A DNA stretch of 64,000 nucleotides from Azolla caroliniana (lineage: Eukaryota > Plantae > Polypodiophyta): contig JBHGNT010000007.1 in the NCBI GenBank assembly GCA_043228905.1, positions 5,828,001-5,892,000 of the forward strand. The letters run 5' to 3'. Of this stretch, positions 13,183 to 26,800 are shown piece by piece. The position numbers and the translations under genes were made by a program. The notes under the pieces were generated by a model. It did not search any database, was not told the DNA's origin, and saw only the letters and a list, made by a program, of their open reading frames with translations. Numbering within the stretch: the stretch's first letter is position 1; every line of letters starts with the position of its first letter.

Positions 13183-14172
13183 TCATTCGATTGGTTCTAG
13201 AGCAATGGAAATGAAGACATCCACTAGATTAGAAGGATCGGAGAAGAAAGGGGAATGATCACTATTGGCGAGGGTAATGACTTTGTGGGGTGGGTTTTGC
13301 TCCACCATTGTAGCTTGCATGCTTGGTGGTAGGGCTTCGTCCGATTCTGAGATGATGTAGTACCGTGGAATGCTTCCATAATTTCTCTCACTCAAGTTGA
13401 GCATCTCCGGGAATGGGGAAATAGGAGTAGGGTTCAAGCAACTCCGAGCGAGACATATGTCTTCGCTCGAGGTTCGGGAGTAAAATTGGAGCATACTCTC
13501 GGGATGAATAGACACCGACACCATTTCCTTCTTCGAACATGTGTTGTTGTCGCCATTGTCGATCTCTTCGTCATCGGTAAAATGTGGAGCTAGTGTGTTT
13601 GACCCAAGAAATAACTCCAAGTACTATATGCATGACCAATATAACCAAAAAAAACTCAATATTGGTGGCCTCAATGCCCATTTAATGTTTATAATATGTT
13701 TAACAAAACTCAATTAGAAGACAATGGGGAGCATGAATGCGGCGAGGAAGACGGCTCTAGAGATCTTGTGCGGAAAGAGCTCCATGGCATAGGAGATAGT
13801 GCTTCCACCCAAGCTATGGCCGACGAGGACCACCTAAAAGACATGGATTTTTTGCGCACGAACAAAGTTACTTGTCGGGGTTACGAGAGACACGATAGGA
13901 ATGCGAATTAAAAATACAATGGAGGGGCAATAAATCAAGGTGAATGAAGGCGTTTTTACCTTGGGATCATGGGGGGTTAGGGACGCGAGGAGTTGGGTGA
14001 GGGGGCGGGCATAGTCGGCGATGGAGGTGACGGAGTGGGCGGGGACTTTGCTAATGCCATTGGAGGCGAGGTCGATGGCGGTCACGGTATGTCCGGCCAT
14101 TTGAAGCAATGGGATGACCTTGTACCAGCACCATGCCCCATGGCCAAGCCCATGTACCAAAACGAAGTGCAT
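13183..14172 (-). CDS. MES: Methylesterase (SABP2/MES family), copy 2; intron-2 donor deleted, so possibly a pseudogene
   Basis: Exons 14172-13960, 13833-~13723 and 13623-13183, highly similar to copy 1 with the triad intact. A 25-bp deletion removes the original donor. Intron retention gives TAA two codons later. Confidence 0.8.
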
Positions 14173-16589
14173 GGATGGGTCTAGTAATAGTAGTAGTAGT
14201 AGTAGTATTGGTAGTAGTGTTTGTTTTATTTGTTGGATGGGAAGGCTCTAAGGCAAACCTAATTTATACACGCATATTCATGGTATATACGTGTATATAT
14301 ATATATATATATGTTTTTATGCATTTTTATGCATACATGTATATTTACATATATGCTTTTGTCTATGCATTTTATGTAGATACTGCCGTATATTTCCATC
14401 CGTATAATATGCTGAACATGCTGCAATACTTTTGTGGTCTTGATCGTATAATTATACGATGTTATGGTCAACGCACATGGGTCGGTCATCTGTCTTCTTA
14501 ATTGCTTTGTCTTCTTAATTGCTTTAATTTGTCGCAGAGTAAGTATGTCTTTTTTCTCATGTTACCTTTCATTGTTGTTATCTCCTCTATATATGGATAT
14601 CTACATATAAATAGAATGTGAGGCCACAACAAGTGAAGTTATTCATGGATGTATGTATTGATATTATACTTTTCTTTTGAATTCTTTCCCTAACTTGCTA
14701 CAATCCAAACCTCTAGTTTTTCCTAAGAAATAAGAATAATGCATTACCGAGTTATACGTTGTTATCCCTACCACCACCACCACCACCACCACCACAATGC
14801 TTAAGTTCATGTAATGAATATAACCTTCAAAATGACGGGCAATCATATTGTTAGTCACTTCAATAATGATCGTCTTCATATGGGGTTTTAATTCGAAAAA
14901 ATGGGGATACAATTGTCAATGCACAACCCTACATTACAAATGGACGTAGTCTAAGTAAGAGAAACAAAGCGCCGAGCCACAAACTTAAACTTCTAGGTCA
15001 GAGTATAAGGTGCTTTAATGGAGAGTGCAGTCAATGGCAAATGCACTTTGGTGGGTTATCTACTTGTTATTTTCATTCTATATACATATAGATGATGTTA
15101 TTCGATTTCATTCATTTTTATGCTAGATCTTGTTTATTTATTCACTTTTTTTAATACTACATTATTTGTTCAGGTCGTTCTCAATACACGTGTAACATGA
15201 TTTAACTTTCATCGTTCTATTTCATGTGTTATATATTTATTTTCTGTAAATATGCATGTGCATTAATGAGTCCCAATCAAACACGAGTGAGTGACTTTAT
15301 TCCATTTGTTTTGTTTTTTACTCATTTAATATATTTGCACTTAATTATTTATTGCTTTTAATTTTTGGTTTACCATTATTTGCATTATTAAAATTTTAAA
15401 ACAATTTCTTTTATTTTTGTATCTTCATTGTTTGGGAATACATTTAATCTTTTTCTTGCTTCCCTTTGCAATGTGTGTGACAGTAATTAATGTTGGGCAT
15501 TCATTAACTTTAGCTGGGAGGACAAATTTATTAGGACTCTATTTTTAACATGGAAACGAATCTTGGCTGGTTTGCTTCGTGATAAACCCAAGGTCCAACC
15601 CTAAGCATTATGTCGAGTACCATAGACAAAGGGTACTTTGGAACTCGTTGTTTTCAAAATTAGATGGTTTAGTGTTGGGTTCTAGACAATGGTTATCGTG
15701 GGCAAAAATGTTAGAAGGTCCTCCGAAATCAATTAGGACCTAGCAGGATTTTTTATTGCATTCATAGGAAGAGCAAAAAGAAATACTAGAGGCAAATAAT
15801 GTATTATTTAATTTAGGAAGCTATGAATACAGTCACAGACCACCCAATAGCTTTAACAATAGGTGGAAAAAATATACATGCAAACCGAGAACGGATCTAT
15901 GACCCTCTTTACAATTGAGGACTCACAAATTTATGAAAGAACATTAAACATCATATGCGACTTCGTAGAAATGCTTCATCAAGTACCACATAAATTTAAA
16001 ATGGGTAAAAGCATGGGAATGGAAACACTATTATAGCTAATTAGTTGCTAAATTGACCATAGCTATTTAGCTATTTGTTTAACTAATTTTTTGTGGTCAA
16101 ATTTTAAGGATCATTTACGAATTGTTTTTGCTTTATTACTTAAATACATGTAATTTATTATGGTGAATAGGTAATTTATGGGAATACTCAAAATTTTGAA
16201 CTTTGGTTTTTGACGTAGTGGAACTTGGGGAACAATGCCCTCATCTAAACACGACTTGAATGTTAGCAAAGTCTTACTAATCTTGAGTTTGAGTTCGAAA
16301 TCCAAACAAATGTAGTACTTTGAGCACGAACGCAGATGAAGCTCCCGCAACAACACAAAAACTCTGATATCGACATTGCACCTTCAGAGCACCAACACAC
16401 CACCAATTCAATCCTCGTTAAGGTATGCATAAGTTACACATTGCGTGCTTTCAAAAATATTTTTTTTCTAATAACTGTCGTGCCTGTTTATCTTTTACAA
16501 AAAACGATTAGGGCGAAGTCATTGTAGTCCTAGACAAGGACGTCACAAAAATCAGAGTGTAGCAGTAGGTGTGTTTCTGATTGTCAAAA

Positions 16590-17160
16590 TATCTTATTAG
16601 GGTTGATTTCATACATATTTCAGATTAGGGTTGATTTCTGATTACGAATGAAATTTGCATCAATACACAATTCTAATTACAATGTTTGTTTGTTTGTAAA
16701 TTTCCCCCAAACTTAATTTTTTATTAGGGTTTCTGATTTTTTATTAGGAATGATTCTAATTAAGAATGAAATTTGCATCAATACACAATTCTAAGTATAA
16801 TGTTTGTTGATTTGTAAATTTCCCCCAAACTTGATTTTTTATTAGGGTTGAAATTTTCTGATTTTGGGTTGATTTCATACACATATTTGATGAGGATTGC
16901 AAATTTCTGATTAGGGTTGAAAAACTGCATCAATACACATTTCTGATTACAATGTCTGTCTGTCTTTAAATTTCCCCCAAACTTGATTTCTGATTAGGGG
17001 TTTTTATTTCTTTAAGCATTTGATTTCTGATTATGGTTAAAAATTTCTGATTTAGGGTTGAAATTTTGCATCAATACACATTTCTAATTACAATGTCTAT
17101 GTATTTGTAAATCCCCCCCAAACTTGATTTTGGATTTTGATGCAAGTGCTTGATTTTTTT
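16590..17160. repeat. Degenerate minisatellite (~120-150 bp units) rich in ATTAGGGTT
   Basis: GCATCAATACACA recurs at ~16657, 16776, 16927 and 17068, each followed by ...AAAT(T/C)CCCCCAAACTT. Confidence 0.8.
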
Positions 17161-17805
17161 ATTTTATTCTTCTCTACTAATTGTGATTCAAAATACACGT
17201 CCTAATAGAGCAGAGGTAACATGTATTGATTTTTTATTTCAGGTGGCTCATATATATATATATACATACATACATATATATATGTATATGTTAATATATA
17301 TATATAGATATAGATAGATAGATAGATGTATTGGTATAGGTATAGGTATATCTATATCTATAGGCATAGGTATAGTAGGTATAGGCATAGAATGAACCAT
17401 ATGTATCATACGTGCATTCGCATTCGAGAATGATTCAATCAAACGTGTATGATAAATCATCTCGAAATTGGATTGGATTGGATTGGATTGGATTGACTAT
17501 GGTCTATATTATATATTGATTCACTCTCAATCCCAATAAGTGGACTCTAATCCATTATGAACCACCAACATAAGTATGGTTGCAATATTTGCATTATATC
17601 ACATGCATACGTTTGGAATGCTTCTTAAGAATCAACACATCTCTATCCTCCTCACTTTAGAACTTTACAAAAAAATGAGTATGAACTATAGAGATTGAAT
17701 CAAAATATGTCATTATAAATTATAATCAAATGTTCAAAAACTCATAAAACGTATATTTGAGAAATATGAAGAAAACATAACATAGGCAGTAGTAGCATAA
17801 CAACT

Positions 17806-18996
17806 TACCATTAGGGTGAGCTAATTTCTAATAAATAACAAAGAAAGAAAGAAAAAAGAACATGACACTAACATAAAATTTTGCCATGAAAGGATACCAT
17901 TAGGGTGAGCTAATTTCAAATAAATAACAAAGAAAGAAAAAAAAAGGAACATGACACTAGCATAAAAATTTGCCATGACATGACACTAACGAGAGGATAC
18001 CATTAGGGTGAGCTAATTTCTAATAACAAAGAAAGGAAAAAAAAAGGAACATGACACTAACATAAAAATTTGCCATGACATGACACTAACGAGAGGATAC
18101 CATTAGGGTGAGCTAATTTCTAATAAATAACAAAGAAAGAAAGAAAAAAGGAACATGATACTAACATAAAAATTTGCCATGACATGACACTAACGAGAGG
18201 ATACCATTAGGGTGAGCTAATTTCTAATAAATAACAAAGAAAGAAAGAAAAAAGGAACATGACACTAACATAAAAATTTGCCATGACATGACACTAACGA
18301 GAGGATACCATTAGGGTGAGCTAATTTCTAATAAATAACAAAGAAAGAAAGAAAAAAGAACATGACACTAACATAAAATTTTGCCATGAAAGGATACCAT
18401 TAGGGTGAGCTAATTTCAAATAAATAACAAAGAAAGAAAAAAAAAGGAACATGACACTAGCATAAAAATTTGCCATGACATGACACTAACGAGAGGATAC
18501 CATTAGGGTGAGCTAATTTCTAATAACAAAGAAAGGAAAAAAAAAGGAACATGACACTAACATAAAAATTTGCCATGACATGACACTAACGAGAGGATAC
18601 CATTAGGGTGAGCTAATTTCTAATAAATAACAAAGAAAGAAAGAAAAAAGGAACATGACACTAACATAAAAATTTGCCATGACATGACATTAACGAGAGG
18701 ATACCATTAGGGTGAGCTAATTTCTAATAAATAACAAAGAAAGAAAGAAAAAAGAACATGACACTAACATAAAATTTTGCCATGAAAGGATACCATTAGG
18801 GTGAGCTAATTTCAAATAAATAACAAAGAAAGAAAAAAAAAGGAACATGACACTAGCATAAAAATTTGCCATGACATGACACTAACGAGAGGATACCATT
18901 AGGGTGAGCTAATTTCTAATAACAAAGAAAGGAAAAAAAAAGGAACATGACACTAACATAAAATTTTGCCATGACATGACACTAACGAGAGGATAT
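17806..18996. repeat. 12-unit tandem array (89-104 bp monomers) with higher-order structure
   Basis: CATTAGGGTGAGCTAATTTC starts at 17809, 17898, 18001, 18101, 18205, 18309, 18398, 18501, 18601, 18705, 18794 and 18897. Confidence 0.97.
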
Positions 18997-19954
18997 GAGA
19001 AAACAAGGAATGGCCTAAGACATAGGCAATAGTAGTATAGCAACTAACCACTAAGTTGAGCTAATTTCTATTAATAAGAAAGAAAAAGAAGAAGAAAACA
19101 AATATAACACTAACAAAAAATTTTGCTATGATATGAAAAAATCGAGGATTGAACCCAAGACGTAGAAAACAAAAACATAACAATTTACCACTAGGGTGAA
19201 CTAATTTATAATTGTAACAACGGAAAATTTTAAAATTACAAAAGGAACACAGATTTTGCCCTTTTCAAATGTGATCGTTTCCAAACGTATTCAAACGTTT
19301 GAATGCTTGCACGAACACATTTATTACGTTCTATGGACCGTATAGGTATATGTCTGTTAAGCTATTTTGATTTTTAGTGCATGTGGGGCTATTTGAGTAA
19401 GTAATTGTTATTTCTTCCACTTAAAAAAAAACATATTTTCAAATAGAAAGTTTGATTTTTTATATTATGGCTCTCGTTAGACCGAATATAATCTACAAGA
19501 CTAAAAAATGCATGATGTGAAAGCAAGTGGTGATGTTGGACCCTGATCACAATTAAGATGATTCACGACGCATGCGGTGGGTGACCCATGAGAAAAAAGA
19601 GTGGTGCAAGCATTGTGATAGAATTCAAACAAAGCATTGTATCAAAGTGTGATTGAGATTCCATACTCATACTGGTTAACTGTAGAGAAGACAAATGTTC
19701 TTTTGTAACATGTGGTTATGTTACTTTCAACTAGCATGACATCTAGAAATGAAAATTTTACGTAATACATCATTCAAGATAAAAAAGTACTCCAAATGAT
19801 ATAGGAACTTCGCAAAAATAATATCCGGAAAAGAAGTGTTTGTGCCACACATAATTTGAGAGTAACAAAAACTCTCCCCCTCTTTCTCTCATCCATGTCA
19901 CTAATCATGAAAAAAGTCTCCATGTTCTTTTATTTTACATATACATATATATAC

Positions 19955-20009
<55 letters not shown>

Positions 20010-21829
20010 GCACAGCTTTGTTAAATTCCATTATACATAAACACATATGTATGTTCAAATTGGTTTTCCTTCAAATCACATTCATTTCTTAGATAAGAAA
20101 ATTCAAATTATAAGAAAAAGAGGCCTTTATATTACAGACAATTTAAGAGAAAAGATCACTTACTCAAATGGTAAAACCTAAATCTTGAGTATATATGGCC
20201 TTTTGTGGAAGTTTAATGTACATAGGACCCAAACTAGAGGGAATATCCAAGACATAGTTATCTAATGGTTGACATTGTAACATAGACACTTATAGCTTGA
20301 CTCATATTTTAAGGTATATGGCTATTATTATATATTCTAAGAATACAAAATTAGTTTGATTATGTCTCCCACGGTTACTATTGATGCGGCCAACTATATT
20401 TTCATGAGAGTATGGTCGTCCATCTATATAAATTGGTTCACCCCATCTACACTTCATTCTATGATATGTTGGCAATGTGGAGTTTGCACAAAGACCATAT
20501 GTTATGCTTCTAGGTAATCAAACCAATCGCTACCATGTATTTTGCATATAAATAGGACATTATGCGTGACTTCTAAACGGGAAGGAACATGTAGATCTTA
20601 TGAAATGAACAAGCCTCTCTCAACATCTTTAGAGATTGAAGATCGGCCTATAATATAACATCTACCCCAAAATATAAAAACATCCCCATCTCAATGCAAC
20701 AATGTCTCAGTCCATCCTCAAAATTAACTTTGATCATATGTATGTAACAATGATTGAAAGGGTGCATGCAATGGACGGTCCCCCAACAATGTCTTTGTTA
20801 TGTGACACGTCGGCATGGAATATAGCAACATGTCTCGTTCCAATTCTCATAGAGCTTGTCTTGATCGTGTGCTTCTACAATTCATGACCACAATAAGTTT
20901 CTTCAAAACTTTCCTCATCATCATCTAGTTATAAAATTACAAAATAAGAGACTAAAACATAATATATATTTACAAATGACCGACCCTCTAGTTAATGTGG
21001 TGCTATTGGTGGATTTACGACCATTCTATTACCCGCATAGGTGTACGGGGGGGTTAAGGTATAATGTGTATGGTGTGTAATGTGTAAGATGTGTAATGTG
21101 AAATGTGAAATGTTAATGTGATAGTGTGAGGAAGAGTGAGTGAGTGTGTTTGTCTGTGTGCACATGCATATTTGGCTTGATGTGTACAAATGTGAAAGAG
21201 TGGGGTAAGTAGGTGTAACTACCCCCATTCAGCATTTTGTAATGTCTTCATCATATCTTGTACTATTTAAACCCCACCCATGGGGCATCAAAAGAAGGAG
21301 AAATATATTGAAGTTACCCCTCAAACTGTGTCTGTCTCGATTCCCTCTCTCCCACATTCTTGTGCTCATGAACATGGATTCATGCTTCGGTGATTATGGC
21401 TTGACATAAATAACACCAACATAATATCCTCCCTTCAAGGTAATCTTGAATCTCCCGAGCGTTTGAATGCAATGCATTCTCCAATTTTGGTACGTTTTGT
21501 TGCTATGAGATTATTGGGGGTGGTATATGAAAAGGAGGTAGAGATGGTGTTTGTGCCAATGAATCTAAATCTTTCATCCACATAAGATAACAAAAACATA
21601 ATAATTAGAACCAATTTAACACTTATATTCACTCATATAACAAATGGATTGCAAAATCTAGAAAGGATGTCACAAGGCCATTGTCTTATTCGTGGATCTT
21701 CATCTTATTATTGTATTTATTAGAACATTTGTAAATATTTTACAACTTATGTATGTTTGAAATAATGATAGTTATTAATTATTACTTTCTTGCCTAAAAG
21801 TAATTTATCTTACCCAACAATTTTCTTGC

Positions 21830-23200
21830 CAACAAGACGGTGAGTTGGAGAGTGAAAGAGAATTTGATGCATGAGTTTCAGTGAGGCGGAGCATGAGCTT
21901 GAGCTAGTTAGAGAGCAAATAATGATCCCATTTGGGACTAAATTGTTGATTAAAAGACAAAGGAAATATGCCCAAGCAAAAAAGGAGTTAAGGGGCTTTG
22001 AGTCAACAGTCAATGTTGATTGCAAGTTGCAACTACTATCTAAGCACAAAGGTTATCATTGAAATAGGTTGCCTTTATATTCTTGGGCTGATCTCAATTT
22101 GCTCAACACCTAACATTCTCATGCTAAGGTGGTTAACATATATTGAGTCATTGAACCTAGAAATTCAAGACATGACTAGGAAGCATAATGTCACGACAGA
22201 CATGTTCTCTAGTAATTATGAAGGAGAAGTAAATTATTGTTGAAAGAATGAAGATGTGGGCTTTCATTTCCTTAAGAATGTTATATATACGATTCCTAAA
22301 GATAGAAAATGTACAATGAGTGTTTAACACTTTCAAGGACAATGAATATGAAGGAAAATGGTTGCACATAGGTAGAATTTTGAGCTCAATGATAGAATAA
22401 AGATAAATTCCAGTGGCCAAGCATGTACAAAGATGTAGCATTATTTATGGAGACATGTGAGACCCACTAGTTATAGTCCAATGTTCCACATAAAGATGGC
22501 TACACCTAACCTACCCACGAACGATGTACTACAAATGGATAATGAACATAATAGTTATGCTCATGGGGAAAGGGCAAATGAGATATTTACTATTGGCAAT
22601 GGAAGATAGAACAAACTAAGTAATGAAGAGCCTTAAGGAATAAGACTTAATATACAACATCAGCCTACAAATTCTTGTTACAAGAGGTCATCAGCGGGTA
22701 GATAGGGAGTAATTTGATGGTAATGAAGCTATTTGGTACGTCAACAATTGGTTTGTTGTCAATATATTTGGAATAGTCCAATTGATGAGTTGGAGAACTC
22801 ATTCATGTTTGATGGCAAGTATGGGTGAAAGTCTATTGTAAGATGTTAAAAGGAATTCTCATTTGGAATTTTGGATGTTAGAACATGTCAAGATAATTTC
22901 CATAAGAGTTTATGGTCACTTGGCTGATTGGACGCTATTGATAACAATAGTAATTCATTATTCCTAGTGATTGGATCTAGAGAATTTTTGGTTCACCACA
23001 TAATTGCTTTGGGTCCACACACAACCAGATTGATTTTAGTGAAGGGTGTGTTAGATGACCGTGGTTCTAAGTTGATGCCAGATAAAAGAGTTTCGTTACA
23101 GCTTTCCTTGTGACGGTCCAAGCAGGGGTGGCACCTACAACATTTAGGCAAATTTTTGTAATGCTTTAGAAGATGTTCATCTACCTAGATTGATAGCAAG
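21830..23200 (+). mobile_element. Highly decayed Ty3/gypsy pol remnant (RNase H/integrase region)
   Basis: LMLRWLTYIESLNLEIQDMTRKHNVTTDMFS resembles the gypsy RNase H end (RWxxxxxxxxxEIxxxxGKxNxxADxLS). Many stops, and boundaries are uncertain. Confidence 0.45.
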
Positions 23201-23817
23201 ACTAAGATGTACCATTGGTTGTACATGCAATTCAATAATTGTTTGATTTTACCAAAACTTAAAGAGAAATGTATGAAGCTCAATTGCTAATCCAGAGAAA
23301 GAAGAAAGAGTTTTTGGGGAGTGTATGTGGGTGGAGTACATGAGGGGGTGTATCCATAATAAGAGGTTCATTAAAAACCCTTTACAAGTTATGTCTGCTC
23401 CTAATATTTGTTATTTTTAACACAATATCAAGAGTGATTGATAGCATTGCCCAATCCATACTTATATAACAATAGAGCTCATAGAGTGACAAAGAAGATG
23501 CCAGATAGATCCCTCACTGTCACAATATAAACAAGTTAAAGGTTCATAATTAGCCTTTAAAGGGAATGCTGATTAATCATCTCAAAATGAGAAATGAGAA
23601 GGCATGGTATGTCTTGATTGACCTTTTCACATTAATACAGCATCACCTCCCTAAACAAGCTGTTCAAGACTGTTTTTGAAGTAATTGCATTATAATATCA
23701 TACCAATTGCCTAATGAATATTAAAATAAATGTACAAGCACTTAATGACACCATTGTCATTTGTGTAATAATAATACAAAGACTAACAAATGGTATTGAA
23801 CAAAAGAAAAGAAAATT

Positions 23818-26800
23818 TTATATGTTTACTTCAATTTGGGGATGTACGGACCATTGCATGAAACTGGTGTACAGTTTGGAAGTTGGTCTATGTACTCTCT
23901 AACAATTCCTAAGCAACTCTGCAAAATTTCCTTCTCAATTTTCACGAGCTGTGTTGCAACACGCCTCTTTGGGACAGTTGCGGGATCCATGAGCTGCATG
24001 CATGCGTTGTAAGAAATTACATAATTTTATTTTCCATGCATCAGTACCTTAGAAGTAGAACAGCAAGATAATTACATACCGTTGCAATGTCTTCAGACAG
24101 AGTTGTAGGATAACGAGATATCCGCTCAATGAAGTATGAATTCAACTGCTCTAATACTGCCCTCTCTCGGCATGGGCTAACCTGCACACCAACAAATATC
24201 CCCTCATTTGCATCCATTTTTATTCAGAGAAATAACCAGCCATACAAAGAATTAGGAAGCCATGTTTCATATGAAGACCTTGTATCAAACTGTTACAACA
24301 GTCCTTTTACTGATGCAGAAAACCTTTATGTTTTCCTACACTAACCATTAGAGATCATTTAGACAGGCCTTTCTAAACATTTATCAGCAATTACAGGTTC
24401 TAAACATGGATATTCAAAATTAATAATGATGATTGGTCCAGGCCAATCAGGTCAGACAACTGGCAGCAAGGGGCATGCTTCAGGTGATAAAATCTTATAA
24501 GAAATCGTTGGTTCAGCCATAGTGATATTACAAGCCAGTGAGCTTGTTATGTGCACAAAACACCTGGTTCTGAACTATACAAACGCTGATACCGCCATAG
24601 TTATCCCTTATAAGAGGCTTTGAATCAGACGGCACACTTGCCGTCAGTGACATCACCAAGTGTACGACATGCTAGTCTGCCATATGTATGTGCACTCATA
24701 CAGGTGTTCATGAGTGATGGGTTCAGTCAGAATCTAAGGTCTAGAGAATGGGATAGAAACGTACACTAAGAGGTGCACAAGCCTCACCTATGCTCTAGGT
24801 AAGCCTTCCATCAAGTGGAGCACAAGCCTCACCGTGCACCAGGTGTAGAAGAAATCTCCAGAAGTTCTGTCTAACTGGATATATGAGGCTTGCCCTCCCC
24901 ATCAAGACACCATCATTATAATGTTATACAGAGAAATGATGGTTCTTCTGATCTCGCAATAGGACTACGTAATAACATATAATGCTCCTGAAATTCAACC
25001 TCCTGATTGCAAAGTGAGATGGTGTGGTTCTCTAAAACTACACGTTGCTAATAAAGGGTCCCTGCATATATTGCAGCTTTGTTTGCCTCTAGTTCCTTTC
25101 TTTCGGAGGTTTCCTCATATATATTGCAGGACGCTCCACATATCAAACCTTCTATATGTTAACTTTGGTACTGGAACTATTTATATACATGATTTTTATA
25201 TTCTATATCAAATTCAACAAATGTGGTAAATGCTCACCCCACAAACGGGTCCTTCAGAGAATAAAACTGACTGCATGTCCTCTTCTTCAGTAACATGGCC
25301 AAGCCGTAAGAATCGTAATATATCCAATAAAGTTTCCCTTTCTTTTCCTTTGGAGATCTAATAAAGAAATACCTTTAATCAGACACAATAAAATTGAAGT
25401 AAAATAACCAGAAAGCTATAACTATTATTAAAATTGAGGCAATGCAAAAAAAGTGTATTTCTTTGTCCCATGTTTCTCTTTTCAAATGAAAATAGATCAT
25501 TAAAAGTAATGGACCTGAAAATCATGTATTGCAAGCCTATTGTTCCTTTGAGCTATCAACCTTTTTGACTGATATAAGGGATCGCTTGTCTCCAATGATA
25601 CCTTACACAGATAATGAAAATTAGATTTTCCAATATTGCACATAACTGAACGTATTTCATCTCATTGTGAATTCACCTGTACAGAAAGACGATCATATGG
25701 ATTCTCTTCATCAACAAAACCATAGTTCAACAGTAACCTTGCATTTGCTTGAGGACCACACCTAAAAACAAATGTTTTGAATAATTGACTATATATTTTG
25801 TCACAATGGATTTAGAGATGACGCACAATATAATGGTTCTGTAAATTATTTATCATTTGATTTAGAAATGTTCATTTTATGGTGTTGAGTATTTCAATCT
25901 TCACAAGCCCAAACAAATCTGGCAGAAAGTTGACAATTCGAAATAAAAAACATTTTTAAATGCTTAAAACGGACTGCTTAGATTGCTTACTGAAGGTCAA
26001 CTAGTATTCACAACTTAAGACTTAAGTTACCCAGCTACCTACAACTATCAAAATTGCAAATCATAGCTGAACTTTGTAGGGGAAAAAAATCACAACTAAT
26101 ACCCAGCTTGATGCATCATGTCCATGTGAGTAAATTTGGCAATTCTGGAAAAAACCGTCACATCTTGAAACCCTAATGTAAACTTTTGGGGAATCCTTAG
26201 ATTGAAAAAAAGTCCTAGATTAAGTCTAAATGTTGAACGAACATTTTTGGGCTGTAAGAACACTATGACCAATATCAGCAAGCTAGATACACATCCAAGG
26301 TGACTCACCTTTGACTCAAGATATGTCACAAAGCCAAACATCATCCCCAGCTAATGCCTCATTCAAAGTTTTGTGAGGCTTTCCAAGTTCATACAATTTT
26401 TAATTTTTTTCCTAAATGATTGGTGAGTAAAAATGTGCTTACACCAAAGTTATAGGGGAAAGCTGGGAGAGAATGGTTGAGACTTTTTCGCTGTTTTCTT
26501 TTTCTGTTTGGCTTACATTTTGTTGTCCACTTCTGCTTTTCGTGTCCTTTCTTCAGTTTTTCACTGATGTTAATCAGGCTTTGGACCTATTACTAACAGA
26601 CCCCATGCCCACCACAATTGTTTCACTGATGGAAACATTATGACACAAAAATAAAGGAATTGGACAAAACACAGCGCCAAAAATAGGAAACGAGACAGAA
26701 ATACAGACCCTTGTGTAATAGCAAGAAAGAGATACATATATGTTACATAAACATCTAAGGTTAACAATTTTAAACTTAAAAATAGTGCATATACATACAT

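Noticed and set aside
16590-17160. Interstitial telomere
   Set aside because: The TTAGGG seeds are isolated within longer units, not tandem TTTAGGG arrays.
17806-18996. Regularly spaced repeats resembling a CRISPR array
   Set aside because: The intervening sequences are themselves repeated (no unique spacers), there are no cas genes, and the context is eukaryotic.
20990-21400. LTR-like segment with TG-rich repeats and a TATTTAAA box
   Set aside because: No partner LTR, TSD or convincing PBS was found.
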